Shown here: positions 1 to 11,667 of the stretch, in pieces | How positions within the stretch are numbered: the first letter of the stretch is position 1 | How the letters are laid out: each line of letters opens with the position of its first letter | Assembly: GCA_965644295.1 (NCBI GenBank) | Contig: CBFFRP010000373.1 | Span: forward strand, 275,522-339,521 | Length of the DNA: 64,000 nt | Direction of reading: 5' to 3' | DNA from: Paraphysomonas bandaiensis | Lineage: Eukaryota > Protista > Chrysophyceae | Translations under genes and position numbers: made by a program | Notes under the pieces: model-generated | Databases searched by the model: none | What the model saw: the letters and a program-made list of their open reading frames with translations, nothing else | What the model was told of the DNA's origin: nothing

Positions 1-2807
1 CATTTCAACAATAACTGAACAACCTCTGCTGTAATATTCGAACCTGGGTCTGAAATTAACACTTCCGATATTCCGTACGTCACGAAATAAGAAAACAACG
101 CTCGCGCTACTCCAACCGCCGTGTAATCAGTTGCTGGATACAGACCAACCAAACGCGATGGCAATTGCTTTACAACATGGATACAACAATGCCCTTTCTT
201 GTCAGGAGGAGACACAGAGAGTGTGTCAAATCCTACGTAATGTCTACAATGCTCGGAGTCTAAAGCTCTGATAGGTGCCTGCAAGGAAGCACTCATTCCC
301 GCATTAAATTTCTGACAAATGGGACACCGATCTATGAAATCTTGTATCACCTCTGTGGTTAACTTGTGACCTGGAAATACCTTACTCAGCTTTAACCATG
401 TTCGTTTAACTCCATGGTGACCTATCCGACCATTGTGTACTAAGTCGAACGCCTCTTTGGGTGAACTAGGTTTTATACCTTGAGCCGCTAGTTCATCTAA
501 AGCTGCAAGTATCTCAGCTGGAAACGCTGCATAACAAGCTACATCGTCGGTTTCTGAACTCCATTCCCCTACTTGGTTAAGCTCAATAAGCTGATCATCT
601 GGTAGTAAGTCCGTATTTTCAAACATAACTACTTCACCACATGCGACACTTTCTTCTGGAAAACATTCCATACAAACAGACAATAACATAACATGAGCCA
701 CAGCCGATTCCTGATCCTTACGAGATAACCAATCAGCAAATCTATTTAACTTTCCCTTGAAGTGAAGCAAGTCGAAATTGAAATTCTGTATAAACATCCG
801 CATGCGTACTATTCTGTCAACAACCGAAACTTCCATCCATTTAAGATTGGCGTGATCCGTCATGATCGTGAACTTTTTACCTCTCAAATAATACGACAAG
901 GCATATACACAAAAGAATATTCCAAAACACTCCTTGTCAATAGTGGACCACTTCAATGTTGGTTCCGAAAATTTCTTCGACACCATTGCAATTACTTGAT
1001 AGAATTCTTGACCATTGGCATCAATGAAAATTTGTAATAACACACCTCCACATGCATAAAACGAAGCATCTGTCATCAAGATCCATCTTAAAGAATAGTC
1101 GGGATGATACAGAGTAAGAGATTTTAGAATCGCCTCTTTAAATCTACTAAATTCCTCCCTGTAATTTACTTTCCAACAATTCTCATTCCAGTCAAAATTC
1201 TTCTTCGTCATGTCATGTAACTTATGAGTAAGGTCACTATATAACGGAATAAAAGGTTTAAAATATATTGCCGCTCCAAGAAATCTCTGCATTTGTTTTG
1301 TCTTGTTTTTCCCTTCTGGAAATTCAATTGCAGTTACTGATAATTTTCGGGCCTCAGTTAATTGGTAAGTGTTGTCCTTGCAAAGATAGCCAAAAAATTC
1401 CACTGATGAATAGCCAAATTTGCTTTTCGACAATTTCAACACGACATTATAATAAGTACATTTTTTAATGACCTTCTTGAATTTCTCAATAGCATCCTGA
1501 TAATCATACGCTAACACCAGTAAGTTGTCAAATATCACCACCATCCACTCTGAGAATTCGTTGAAAATATCAGACACTACATGCATCAAAACTCCACTTG
1601 CCGGAGAAACTCCCTCTGGCATAAACTTTGGTTCGAACTGACCCCATGGAGTTTGAACTGACAACAGTGCTGAAACTGATTCATGAAGTCTAATACCATG
1701 GAAAGCATTACATATGTCTAAATCAATAAACACCTTATACCCAGCTGCTTTATGTAATTCTTTTATAACATCTGGTATGGGATAATGCGGACTTTCAATT
1801 TCTAAATTAACACGCCTGTAATCACCACATATTCGAATAAAAGGTTTCGTAGCCTTGGGTGCTACTACTATTGGTGATGCATAAGGACTCGTACTGGGAC
1901 GATAAAAGTATCCACACATCCTATTGAACTCCTCCTTAGTACGTTCATATAACATAGGTGGTATCCTTCTCATATTCTTTGGTTTAATTCTATCAGGAAT
2001 AGTACTTTTCACCTTTAATTTTAACTCAGGAACATGCTGAATTCCAGTCCACTCTCTAGGAACAAAGACGTCAACTGCATCCTCTCTCAAAACTCTTAAT
2101 ATATCAGTTTGTTGAGCGAAATCAGGATGTACTTTTGATTCTAGTTCACTAAAATATTTCTCCCTAGCCTCATCCACTGACTGTTCCAAAAAAGTCACTA
2201 AACTTCCAAAACTACATGGTTCGGGAATCATATCATCTTCCTCTGACTGTTCCGGAATTGGATTTTCCCAAGGATCACACACTGGTCCTGACGACATATA
2301 TCTCCTAAGTTCGTCAATGTCTTCACCAATATTGGCAAGAACTTCTATCTCATTTAAATTAACTGATTGCCCCGCACTCAGTGATGCTTTCTTAATCATA
2401 TTCATAAATAACTCGGAAAAATGCTCACAGATTGCCGGTAATCCTATAATAATATCCTTTGCCAAACCGTCCAAAACATACAGTGAAAGTTGTGCTTTGT
2501 AGGTCTTACCCTCATCTTCAAAAGCAATTGTAACAGGAATATATCCTTTAAGTTCAATCTGATGTCCGTCTGCTACTTTAACCCTCAACTTTTTATGTAC
2601 CATATCTTTTAACAATTTGTCCCCACACTTCTTAACAAAATTTGATGAAATAAAATTATCCGAAGATGATCCGGAATCAAATAAAACCATTTCCACATTA
2701 ATCTTATCACCACAATTATTTATTATCATTCCTTGCCTATGTACGGCATTGCGAAATCTGCTGGAAGTATCATTGTAATCTCGCATAGCCGCTATCAGTG
2801 ATTGTGC
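1..2807 (-). CDS. pol: Gypsy Pol polyprotein (partial, open to the window edge)
   Basis: Manual translation gives protease VLFDSGSS; RT FIDLDICNAFH, PWGQFEPKFMPEG and VIFDNLLV; RNase H LMTDAS and WSTIDKECFG; integrase H-NGRIG-H...CPIC and LISDPGS. It is in frame with gag after a TGA. It is absent from the ORF track, consistent with no stop before base 1. Confidence 0.92.
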
Positions 2808-4382
2808 TCAAAGGTCATCCAAAGGATTGTCATCCCCTTGTTGAACCTCTTCAACATCAGGTTGATCTCTGGTAAGAATACGTACATCACCAGGACGCTT
2901 TCTATCCCCAGGATATCTTTTCAATTGAGCTGGAGAATTACTGTATCGACGTTGAGGTGGTGCATTAATACTTGGTTTGGGCATTACTGTTAACCCCACT
3001 CTTTCAGTCATCTTCTTAAGAGCTTCAGTCAAAACAGCTTTATCATGTGAAAATTTACATGACTTATCTTTGCACCCACCATCTTGCGTCAATTCTCTAA
3101 AACATGGGGAAGATTTCAATACCTCAGCCGCATACAAATCTTCTTCATGTTTCAGCACGTTTTGCTCCTCATCACTCACAGATTCTGAGTCAGAAACTTG
3201 TTGCTCAATTTGGTGTAGTCGCTTATCTACAGCAGACGATTTTGTTCGAAAATTAAAACGACTTTTGAATTGATTATATTTTAACGACAAATCCCTAGTA
3301 ATCTTCAACTGCTTAAAGAATTCTTTCAGAAAAGCTTTTACTGAAGGGAAATTTTCCGACCTCATAAGTCTCTTAGTAGTATCTCTCATACACGCAGGAA
3401 TAAGACTCATCCACTGTTCCAACGAACCACCTCTCTTAGTCGTTACTAAAGGTATACTCTCATCAAGTTTGTTCATCTTAGCAGCCTCCTCCAAGAAATC
3501 ATACCGCTGATTGAACTTCGTTTCCAAAATACAAAGATCCTCATCGACACGACGAAAATCCTCCAACTTGTCCATTGTTACTCTGTACGGCAAACACGAC
3601 TCAAGCAACATCGAATTAAAATCCATCATATCCAAAGGTCTGAACTGATACTTCGCTGCCTCAATAACTCGCGTTACACTTGCATCTATGCATTCCAAAG
3701 GTTCAGTATAATCATCAGGATATAATTCCATCAACGTAAACCTAATCATTTCCTTAGCCCTGCCTTCCAACAATGTAAACACAGAAGGAATTGGTCCATT
3801 ATCACGACATTTCTCAAACTCAGCAATTCGTTCCAAGAAAACCAAAAACCCATCCAAAGTAATTTCCGACAACCTTATCTCCAAGTATGAATCGTCTTCT
3901 TTGGTCAACGTAACTTTAGCCTTCGGTTGACGATCGATTTCACGAAGTGCTTCCTGAATAGTCTGACGTTTAGGTCTGACAGGTGGTCGCTCCTCTTCAC
4001 TCCTGAGAGCTTGAGTAGCATTCAATACACCCTCACGCACAGCATTCTCTATACGCGTATGCAACAACTCAGGGTCAATATACTGCTGCTCACGTCGCTC
4101 AATAGTTGCGGCTACAGGCTGTTCACCATTCCCATGACCATCTGATTTAGACTCTTCAAACGGTATCTCCGAAAGCTGATCAGCTTGTATAATTTCTGAA
4201 TTAGCTCTCGATGACCTTCCAGATCTCCTCTGATTGATCTCCTCAAGACTCCGTTGAACATGCTCATTGAACGCCTGTTGCTGATGAAAACGCTGCTCCA
4301 TATACTCACGTTGCTCACGCATATACTGCATCAAGTCTTCCAGAGTAAGCTCTGTCTTCGCATCTCCTTCTGCAGGCTCCAT
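2808..4382 (-). CDS. gag: Gypsy Gag-like protein (524 aa) with N-terminal coiled coil and a C-terminal CCCH-type zinc finger
   Basis: The ORF lies between the LTR and pol and contains CFRELTQDGGCKDKSCKFSH (C-x9-C-x4-C-x3-H). Confidence 0.85.
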   Translation of the reverse strand: MEPAEGDAKTELTLEDLMQYMREQREYMEQRFHQQQAFNEHVQRSLEEINQRRSGRSSRANSEIIQADQLSEIPFEESKSDGHGNGEQPVAATIERREQQYIDPELLHTRIENAVREGVLNATQALRSEEERPPVRPKRQTIQEALREIDRQPKAKVTLTKEDDSYLEIRLSEITLDGFLVFLERIAEFEKCRDNGPIPSVFTLLEGRAKEMIRFTLMELYPDDYTEPLECIDASVTRVIEAAKYQFRPLDMMDFNSMLLESCLPYRVTMDKLEDFRRVDEDLCILETKFNQRYDFLEEAAKMNKLDESIPLVTTKRGGSLEQWMSLIPACMRDTTKRLMRSENFPSVKAFLKEFFKQLKITRDLSLKYNQFKSRFNFRTKSSAVDKRLHQIEQQVSDSESVSDEEQNVLKHEEDLYAAEVLKSSPCFRELTQDGGCKDKSCKFSHDKAVLTEALKKMTERVGLTVMPKPSINAPPQRRYSNSPAQLKRYPGDRKRPGDVRILTRDQPDVEEVQQGDDNPLDDL

Positions 4383-4447
4383 GACTCTTAGAACAGTTCA
4401 AAGGGCTCAATAACAGAATGAATGTTCTTATCAACTAGTAATATTAC

Positions 4448-4909
4448 TGTAGTTGTTCTTAAGAACAACGTATGCTCAAGCAAAAACAACACTGATCTAC
4501 AACGTTTTAAAAAGATTTTAAGTGCACGCCAGCGGGCTGCTACACTGTTGAACTCACCAGCGGGTGATGTTCCTCAACTCAGACGCAAACCGCGAAAGAA
4601 TTTAAATAAATCGTTATTTAAAACGTGTAATAGAAAAGTGAGTAACACTGCTATACAACTCTACAGTAACACACACATACAACATCATGTTCAGCATTTC
4701 ACTTCAGCACACAACACACCAGATCAGAAGTATTTTATCCGGTACGTATCTACAGCTTCAACACTCCGTGTATACACTGAAAGAGTAGAAACTGAAAAGT
4801 GTAACTGAAACTGAAAATACAAAAACACTCTGTACGTGTTAGAGAGTACAACAGAAGAGTAACATATCATACTACTACCAACGCAGAAAATAACCAGTAC
4901 TGCGTTACA
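4448..4909 (-). repeat. 5' LTR of the Gypsy element (462 bp)
   Basis: TG...CA ends on the - strand; homologous, inverted, to the solo LTR at 5311-5766. Confidence 0.85.
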
Positions 4910-5310
4910 AAAGATCGTTTATACTCTACAGAACGATCACCCAATTGAGCCTGCAGCAGGAGAAAACTCAGATGACGAGGACTACCAGTATCGACTCGAA
5001 CAGTATCAGGATGCGAAACGATATTATGATGAAGGTAATAACTACCTATGGTCAGTCATTTCAAGCTCTATCATTGGTCAGAATGAAGAGGCTGAAGGGA
5101 TTTTGGAGAACGTCCCCGATGGAGACGGTAAAACCGCCTGGACGGACTTGCTCAACCACTTCAAAGAAAAAACGACTAACGATGTAATCACCGATCTGAT
5201 TGGCCAGTTTCAGAGCATAAAAATCAAAAAAGGTCAGTCGATAATCAACTTTCTTGACGCTGTCGAAAAGCTCCGAAACAAGCTGATTAATTATGGTCAT
5301 CGGATAAGTG

Positions 5311-5766
5311 TGTCACGCAGTACTGGTTACTTATACTGCGTTATTAGTAGTATGATATGTTACTCTTCTGTTGTACTCTCTAACACGTACAGAGTGTTTT
5401 AGTATTTTCAGTTTTCAGTTTTATTTTCAGTTTCTACTCTCAGAGTGTTGAAGCTGTACATACATACCGGATGAAATACTTTTAATCGGGTGTGTTGTGT
5501 GTTGAAGTGAAATGCTGAACATGATGTATGTGTATGTGTGTGTTACACTGTAGAGAGGTATAGCTGTGTTACTCATTCTTTTCTATATAACGTTTTAATA
5601 ACGATTCAATTAAGCTCATTCGCGGTTTGCGTGTGTGTGGAGGAGTTCTACCCGCTGGTAGACTTAACAGTGTAGCAGCCCGCTGGCGTGCACTCTAAAT
5701 CTGTTAAAACGTTTTTAGAGAGAGCTTTCTGTCATTCACGTGTTTCTAGTTCTCAGAAACATCACA
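5311..5766 (+). mobile_element. Solo LTR of a related Gypsy family (456 bp)
   Basis: TGTCAC...ATCACA flanked by a 4-bp TSD AGTG (5307-5310 and 5767-5770). Removing it restores Copia gag GHRISDQDLISR. It is homologous to 4448-4909. Confidence 0.92.
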
Positions 5767-6236
5767 AGTGACCAAGATCTTATATCACGCATTCGACAAG
5801 GCCTGGTATCCAAAGAAAATATGACGTATCGTGAACTGGCGATCAACCTGCAGATGCACCCTATCGATGACTACAAAACACTCATACGCAGACTACGCGG
5901 ATTAGGAAGCTCGTCTGTTGGAATGCTCTTGTCAAGCAACGAAGAATCAAAAACCGACAGTATTCAGCTTGCAGCTTCAAAACCCCCATTTTCCCGAAAT
6001 AAAGTGAATTCTAAACGCAAAAAGGGGACATCTTTCAGAAACCGTTCCAATAAACCGAAACATGACAAGAGAGCTGACAAAGACATTAAGTGCTTCCGAT
6101 GCGATGGAAAAGGACACATCGCTTCAGAATGCAAACACTCCTGGGAAAGGATCCAACAAATGAAGAGTTCCTCCGGAAACAAATCAACCAGTAGGAAATT
6201 CAAAAAAGTTAGATTCCAGATCCACCAGAGCACTGA

Positions 6237-8185
6237 AAGCTGTTTTCTAGAACTCAATGGTGCCTCCTCTTCACAACTGCTGCTGGAGTGCCCATCATCA
6301 ATGCATACAGGCAACTCCTCAGAGCTCTCCATCTCTTTCATCCGACGACTCTTTCTTAAAGTAGACTTAGAATTAGTCAGGTCATGCACTACAGAAGCTG
6401 AAACTTGATATTTTTTTCCAGGACTAGGAACGTCGGTAGCAGCAACAGCAGTAGCTGGAAGCTTACTTGCTTTGTCCCGCTTTAGTGTCTCAATTTCCCG
6501 CTTCATAGACTGCACCAGATTCCTCATTTCATCAATCTGGGCTTGCTTATCCTCCTCTTCTTCCTCCTCCTCTTCTTCCTCCTCCTCTTCTTCTTCCTCC
6601 TCCTCTTCCTCCTCTTCCCCCTCCTCCTCCTTATTAGCTTTCATAATACTGGCGTATCTGGACTTGCACTGGCGCCGATTAGCTTTACCAAACTTCTTTT
6701 CAACATCTACCCAAGATATCCCCCCTCCACGAGCTGAACCGGTATATCTCTTTACTAGAACAATAAGTCTTTTATCGAGCTCATCGGTCCAGAGAACACA
6801 AGCAGCTCTCTTAGTAGCAGTCCCTGTAGATGCTTTCTTGTTGCCAGCACTTCGTGGATTAGGAGTTATCGGCGGAGAAGAAATAGTAGATACATCGCAC
6901 TCACTGTCCGCCTTCTCATTGTCTACGGCATTCATCGCGGTCTGCGATGCTCGTATAGCAATTCTCGTAGACCGAAGTGCCCCAGTCTCATCAGACACAC
7001 GACCGCCCGCGGCAACACCAGACAAGTCGACCACACTGGCTGCTCGCTTTGCTTTCTCTTCGAGATTTCCTCGTCGATCGCGGGCTTTCTGTGGATTTTT
7101 ACAATTCAAAGAAAGTCCACGACTAGGATTGTACTCCCAGCGATTGACTTGTATGTACTGCTGATACTGTTGAGATACGAAGTCTTCGTCGAGCTTGAAG
7201 TTGTCCTCTAAAAAGCTCTCCAAGCAATGTTTCTGTAGCCACTTCAACCCATGACGGATAAGATGAAACGAATTCGTGTCTACATCAAATAGTTGAATGT
7301 CTACCCTGGGTCGGTTGCAACGCGTGTGCCAGATCTCCCACAGTACCAGACGATGTGACAAGTTAATGTCTGTCTCAGCATCAGTACTTAATTCCGTATC
7401 ACCATCAGGAAGAGTGCGCTTTAGGGTACAGTGACAGATCCAACCCACATTGCTCCTTCGGTCTACCACTGCATGCGCATGGCTGTATCCATAGAGAAGT
7501 TTAGTAGGGTTCGGAAACAACTCAAAATATTTCTTCCTGTTTCCGGTGATATTGTCCTGATGGTTGACCACGGGCACAAAAACTTGTTCAACTCCATTGA
7601 CTTCGATGTCTAAACGAGCTCCCGCTTCCTTTGGAAATGGTGTGTCCAAAACATTACTTAGTATAGCACCCACTGTGTGCCCAATTCTGTGTCCACTATC
7701 CAGCAGCTGCTCACCGCTGTTCTCCTCCTCTTCTTCGTTTTCACTCCACACCTCTTCCTCCTCGGTACCAGCAGAATGCAAAGCAACCGGCTGTGTATGG
7801 TCTTGAAAATTAATGGAAGGAGTGGGAGAGCAGGGGGGATTGTAAGCCACATCTTCTTCTGGACCTGCAGGAGGTGTATGCTCAGGTCTCATACATTGCG
7901 CGCAGAGCTGGGCATAGCGATAGTCTGATCCATATTGGTCTTGTGGAAACTCTTTACCACAACCGCCAACTCCACTACAAACTACCATCGTGACTGAGGG
8001 AGTAGTCAAAGGATCAGCTGCGTCGTCAGATCGGTCCTCATCATCTGATATACACGCAAATCCCATTAAATACAATTAAGCGTGAGTTTTTGACAGGTAA
8101 CACCTGACAAATCACTGTAATGGGTGGTATCTTGGAGCAGCTGCTGGAATTGTTCTGCCTGTTTGTCATTGCTGGACTCAATCAT
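6237..8185 (-). CDS. Transposon accessory protein with a Cys4 zinc-finger-like motif, a Myb/SANT domain and a poly-Glu tract; C-terminus cut off at the element end
   Basis: ORF 5964-8075 has WTDELDKRLIVLVKRY...ISWVDVEKKF...RRQCKSRY (Myb-like) and CSGVGGC...CAQC. A probable first exon 8185-8104 (MIESSND...) joins in frame through a GT-AG intron at 8103-8045. Confidence 0.75.
6551..6630 (-). repeat. (GAG/GAA)n poly-glutamate tract
   Basis: Run of tcc/ttc triplets on the + strand. Confidence 0.9.
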
Positions 8186-8672
8186 AACCACAGTTGGGTT
8201 TACTTTTGCACACAACAGTTGTATGTTAACAATATTTCAAATTACAGTGACATTGATGACATTGCTCACAGGATGCGTGTTTTTGCTCGTTGGAATGCAC
8301 CTATCAAAAAAACATATGCAATCTCCTGCAGAAATTCAAAATACCGAGTGTGGGTGTATGTGGGTATCATCATGGATGACCATCGTATACCAATGTATGT
8401 ATATATAATAACAATGACAACTCCACAACAATATAGCATTGCCATTACATTACTGGCATGCTTTATGCATCTATTCCTACCTCATGTCGATAGTGTATTC
8501 TAGCAGCAGTTCGACAGCAGATGTCTTTCCTCGACAAGGTTAGTTTGCTGGTACTGTGTATTCATCTGTGTGTTCATGCATTACCAACCCACATTCTATG
8601 TGTGCATGTGTCTGATCAACACTGTGCTCATTGATGTAAGTTGAATGATACGTGTGAGTCGCTGGGGGCACA

Positions 8673-11667
8673 GTGGGGGTTCATCGCTTTCTTCGTGGAA
8701 AGGAGATTGTATTGAGATGCTTGACTGAGAGAGAGGAGATGACTAGGCGTGAGCGAAAGGATTATCTTCGAAACCTGGTTCGCAATTCCATTATCAGTAT
8801 TGACAGGACTGGTAGTGGAGCGCTATACTCAAAGTTTAACTGGAAAGTTGGTGATGTCTCTCAAGGTCAAGTAGAGGGCGTGTGCAAGAATTGTTTCTGC
8901 AGCTGCTATGATGTCTCGTCGTCTCATATTGATACATTGATAAAGTGAGGTGAAGAAGGGCGTCAGCCAAACAGCCCGCAAGCTAAGCGACAGGACGTCG
9001 TGTTTGCAGATTTTACCTCAATTGCGCCGTGTTGCTATGGCTCATGGTATTCATCTGACAAAGCAACAAGTAGCTGCGGCTGCATTACCTAACAGCCCTC
9101 ATGTGTTGACTTGTTATGGGTGGTTATGCACGTACTTTCGACTGACCGGGGACTACATTCCCAACAGTGGGGGAGAGATTCACCTGGAGCCCATTAAAAT
9201 AGTCCATGTATACGATGAGTACCACACTGATATGATGAATGCGGGAATTTTTCCTGTACATGTTGACATGTTTGCCAATATTTGGATGAAGTGCTTTGAT
9301 TATGTTAAGATCCGGGAGTTCAAGTCTGTATCTGGAAAGTGCAAGACCTGCGAGGCTCTTAGTTCACTGCGTCGAACTTTTAAATCGGAGCGCGAGCGGG
9401 AGTACGTCACCATGATGCATGCCCTCCATCGCACTGGATATATGGGAGAACGGCAAATGTATGCCGAGCGCCGGAACCAAGCCATAATGCAGAAGTCGAA
9501 ATTTATTTCCACGATTTCGGACGGCATGGCACAAGGACACAACCAGCTGCCCCATTTAGCCAACACAAATCAGTGGGCCCCGAAGGAGGCACTGCCTCAG
9601 CACCTCCAAGGTATACTCAATCATAATCGCGGGATGACTATTTATCGCACTTTCCACACGATCAACAACTGTGCAAATGTGGCGGTACATTCGTATCTCC
9701 TCCAGCTTGAGCAGATTATAGAGGTGGAAGGGAAGCTTCCAGACACAGTGTATCACCAAATAGACGGTGGATCGGAGAACACTGCTAAGGCATGGTTTGC
9801 ACTGTGTGAGCTCATTGTGGCAAGGCGGTTATGCAAGCGACTGGTGCTGACGCGGCTAATGGTCGGCCACACCCACGAAGATATAGATTCTAAGTTTGGA
9901 ATTCTCTGGAAGCGAATACGGAATCGCTTTGTGTACTCTCCGCAGCAGTATGAACACCAGATTATTACCGGACTGTCCACTAAGAAGCACAAATGCAACG
10001 TAGTGGATTTGATAGCTATTCCCGACTACAAGGCGCTTTTAGATAATTATGTTGATCCTTCGTTTGCCCCCATGACCAAGAACGATAAGACTCAGCTGCA
10101 GTGGGTATTTGAGGCAGTGACACCAGATGACACTTATTTTACCAATGGTGTCCGTGTGATGTATCGTGCCTATGCTGCAGAGGAGCATGTCAGCGTGTTC
10201 AAGGATTCCACGAAGCAATGCGGAATACATGCAAAGGTGGCAGATGTTTTCTGGTATCCCCACAAGAATCGCAAAGAAGGCATTATGGTGGACGGAATGA
10301 AGATATTGACTGCAATGCCAAACCAACGTCCGGCGCCTTACCCCTTTGTCCCAGGATCTCGTGCCTTACTTGATGACGTTATGGTTAAAGTTGAAACTGA
10401 GCTGAAGTCTATACATCCGACTATATTTAATGAGTGGAAGTTGTGGGAAGCAAGGATGCCTAAGTCAGACAATGTAAACGAGTACCTTGCAGATGGACAC
10501 CCCATGCGTTTTCCGCTGGGTCATATACTATTCAGTGATGAGCCTCCAGACCCTGCTCCAATAGAACCCTTACACGAGTCAGCTTTTTCAGAGCTACAGC
10601 GCATGCGAACCACTGATTGTGTTAAGTGGTCTCGTTGGGGGCATGACCGAGAGGATCACTCCACTGAAAACCATGCTCGTGTGGAATGGTGTTATATTGG
10701 TGGGGAGCGAATAGAGCAGAACGCGTTACCGTTACAGCCGAAGGTCTTTCGCAAGTGGAAGGAGCGGTCCATGTTGAAAGACGACGAGTTGCCAGGTGCC
10801 ACGTTTGTCCTAGCAAGACGTCGCCCCCACGACCCCGCTTCGCTATTCGACAGAGAGGGGCAGGTTTTTTCTCTGCGAAATGGCACGCAAAAGCGAGTTT
10901 ACTGGAAGTTTAGCCGAAATTCTATTGTTATCAATAACGACTCCGCTAACTCACTGCAGTCAAATTTGGATGCTGGACTTTGGAAACTTGGTAGATTGGA
11001 AGCCCCGTCGGATCAGGTCCCTGTCGACTATGCTCTAGATGATACAGAAGTGAATGACGCGGCCGCCGGGCCTCCTGTTGTGCCACTTGCTGCTGATAGT
11101 AATCGTGGAACTGGTCGCGAGGGAGTCCAACGAGGAGGTGGTAGAGGCCGTGGTAGAGGGCGTAGAAGGAATCGGCGTGTTGTGGAGTCGGACTCCAGTG
11201 ATAACGAAGAGAGCGCCGAGGAGGTGCCGGAAGACGACGCAGAGAGTGTGCCGGAAGACGACACAGAGAGCGAGCCGGAAGACGACACAGAGAGCGAGCC
11301 GGATAGTGATAACGTAGACAACTGCAGTGGCTCAGCGAGTGATGCTAGCAGTTCGGATGATGAAGTCGGAGTATCGTTTGAAGTAGGCAACAAAGTGAGG
11401 AATATCAGAGGTCTGAATGGTGTAGTTACTGCTGTTGTTGGTAAGTTGTATGATGTGAAGTACACTGATGGGCGCACCGATAGATTAAAGCGCAATCAGT
11501 TGAAAGCACCTGTAGTTAGAAAGAGTTCTGCGCCTAGATTGTCGTCTGCTGGGAACTACTCAATAATTGCACATGCAGACCAGTGGGTTGATAGTAGTAG
11601 TATTAGGGCAGACAACGTAGTTACTGGTAAAAGGAAACGTGCTGTTGGTGTGTCCTATAAAACCTAA
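8673..11667 (+). CDS. DDD-type transposase (GHTHEDID family, possibly Sola-related/DUF7869-like); 1-nt frameshift near 8943
   Basis: 905-aa ORF with CKTC...H, ISDGMAQ, QIDGGSEN and VGHTHEDID motifs, an RGRGRGRR basic patch, acidic repeats and a C-terminal SH3/Tudor-like segment. The upstream ORF 8673-8948 (CKNCF) joins it if one A is removed from ATAAAGTGAG. Confidence 0.8.
11220..11302 (+). repeat. 21-bp coding minisatellite (about 3.5 copies, E-S-[VE]-P-E-D-D)
   Basis: gccggaagacgac(g/a)cagagag repeated in tandem. Confidence 0.85.

Larger units (their letters stand above)
1..4909 (-). mobile_element. Ty3/Gypsy-like LTR retrotransposon (5' LTR, gag, pol; runs off the left window edge), inserted into Copia gag
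   Basis: Domain order on the - strand is PR-RT-RH-INT. The 5' LTR is 4448-4909 (TGTAAC...ACTACA). Copia gag codons (KIVYTLQNDHP) resume at 4910. Confidence 0.93.

Noticed and set aside
5964-6408. Overlapping ORF tails (5964-6236 on -, 6237-6408 on +)
   Set aside because: These read through the insertion junction between Copia gag and the DNA transposon.
6472-7164. Poly-Ser ORF on the + strand (likewise 11028-11495 on -)
   Set aside because: Antisense shadows of acidic tracts in the real ORFs.
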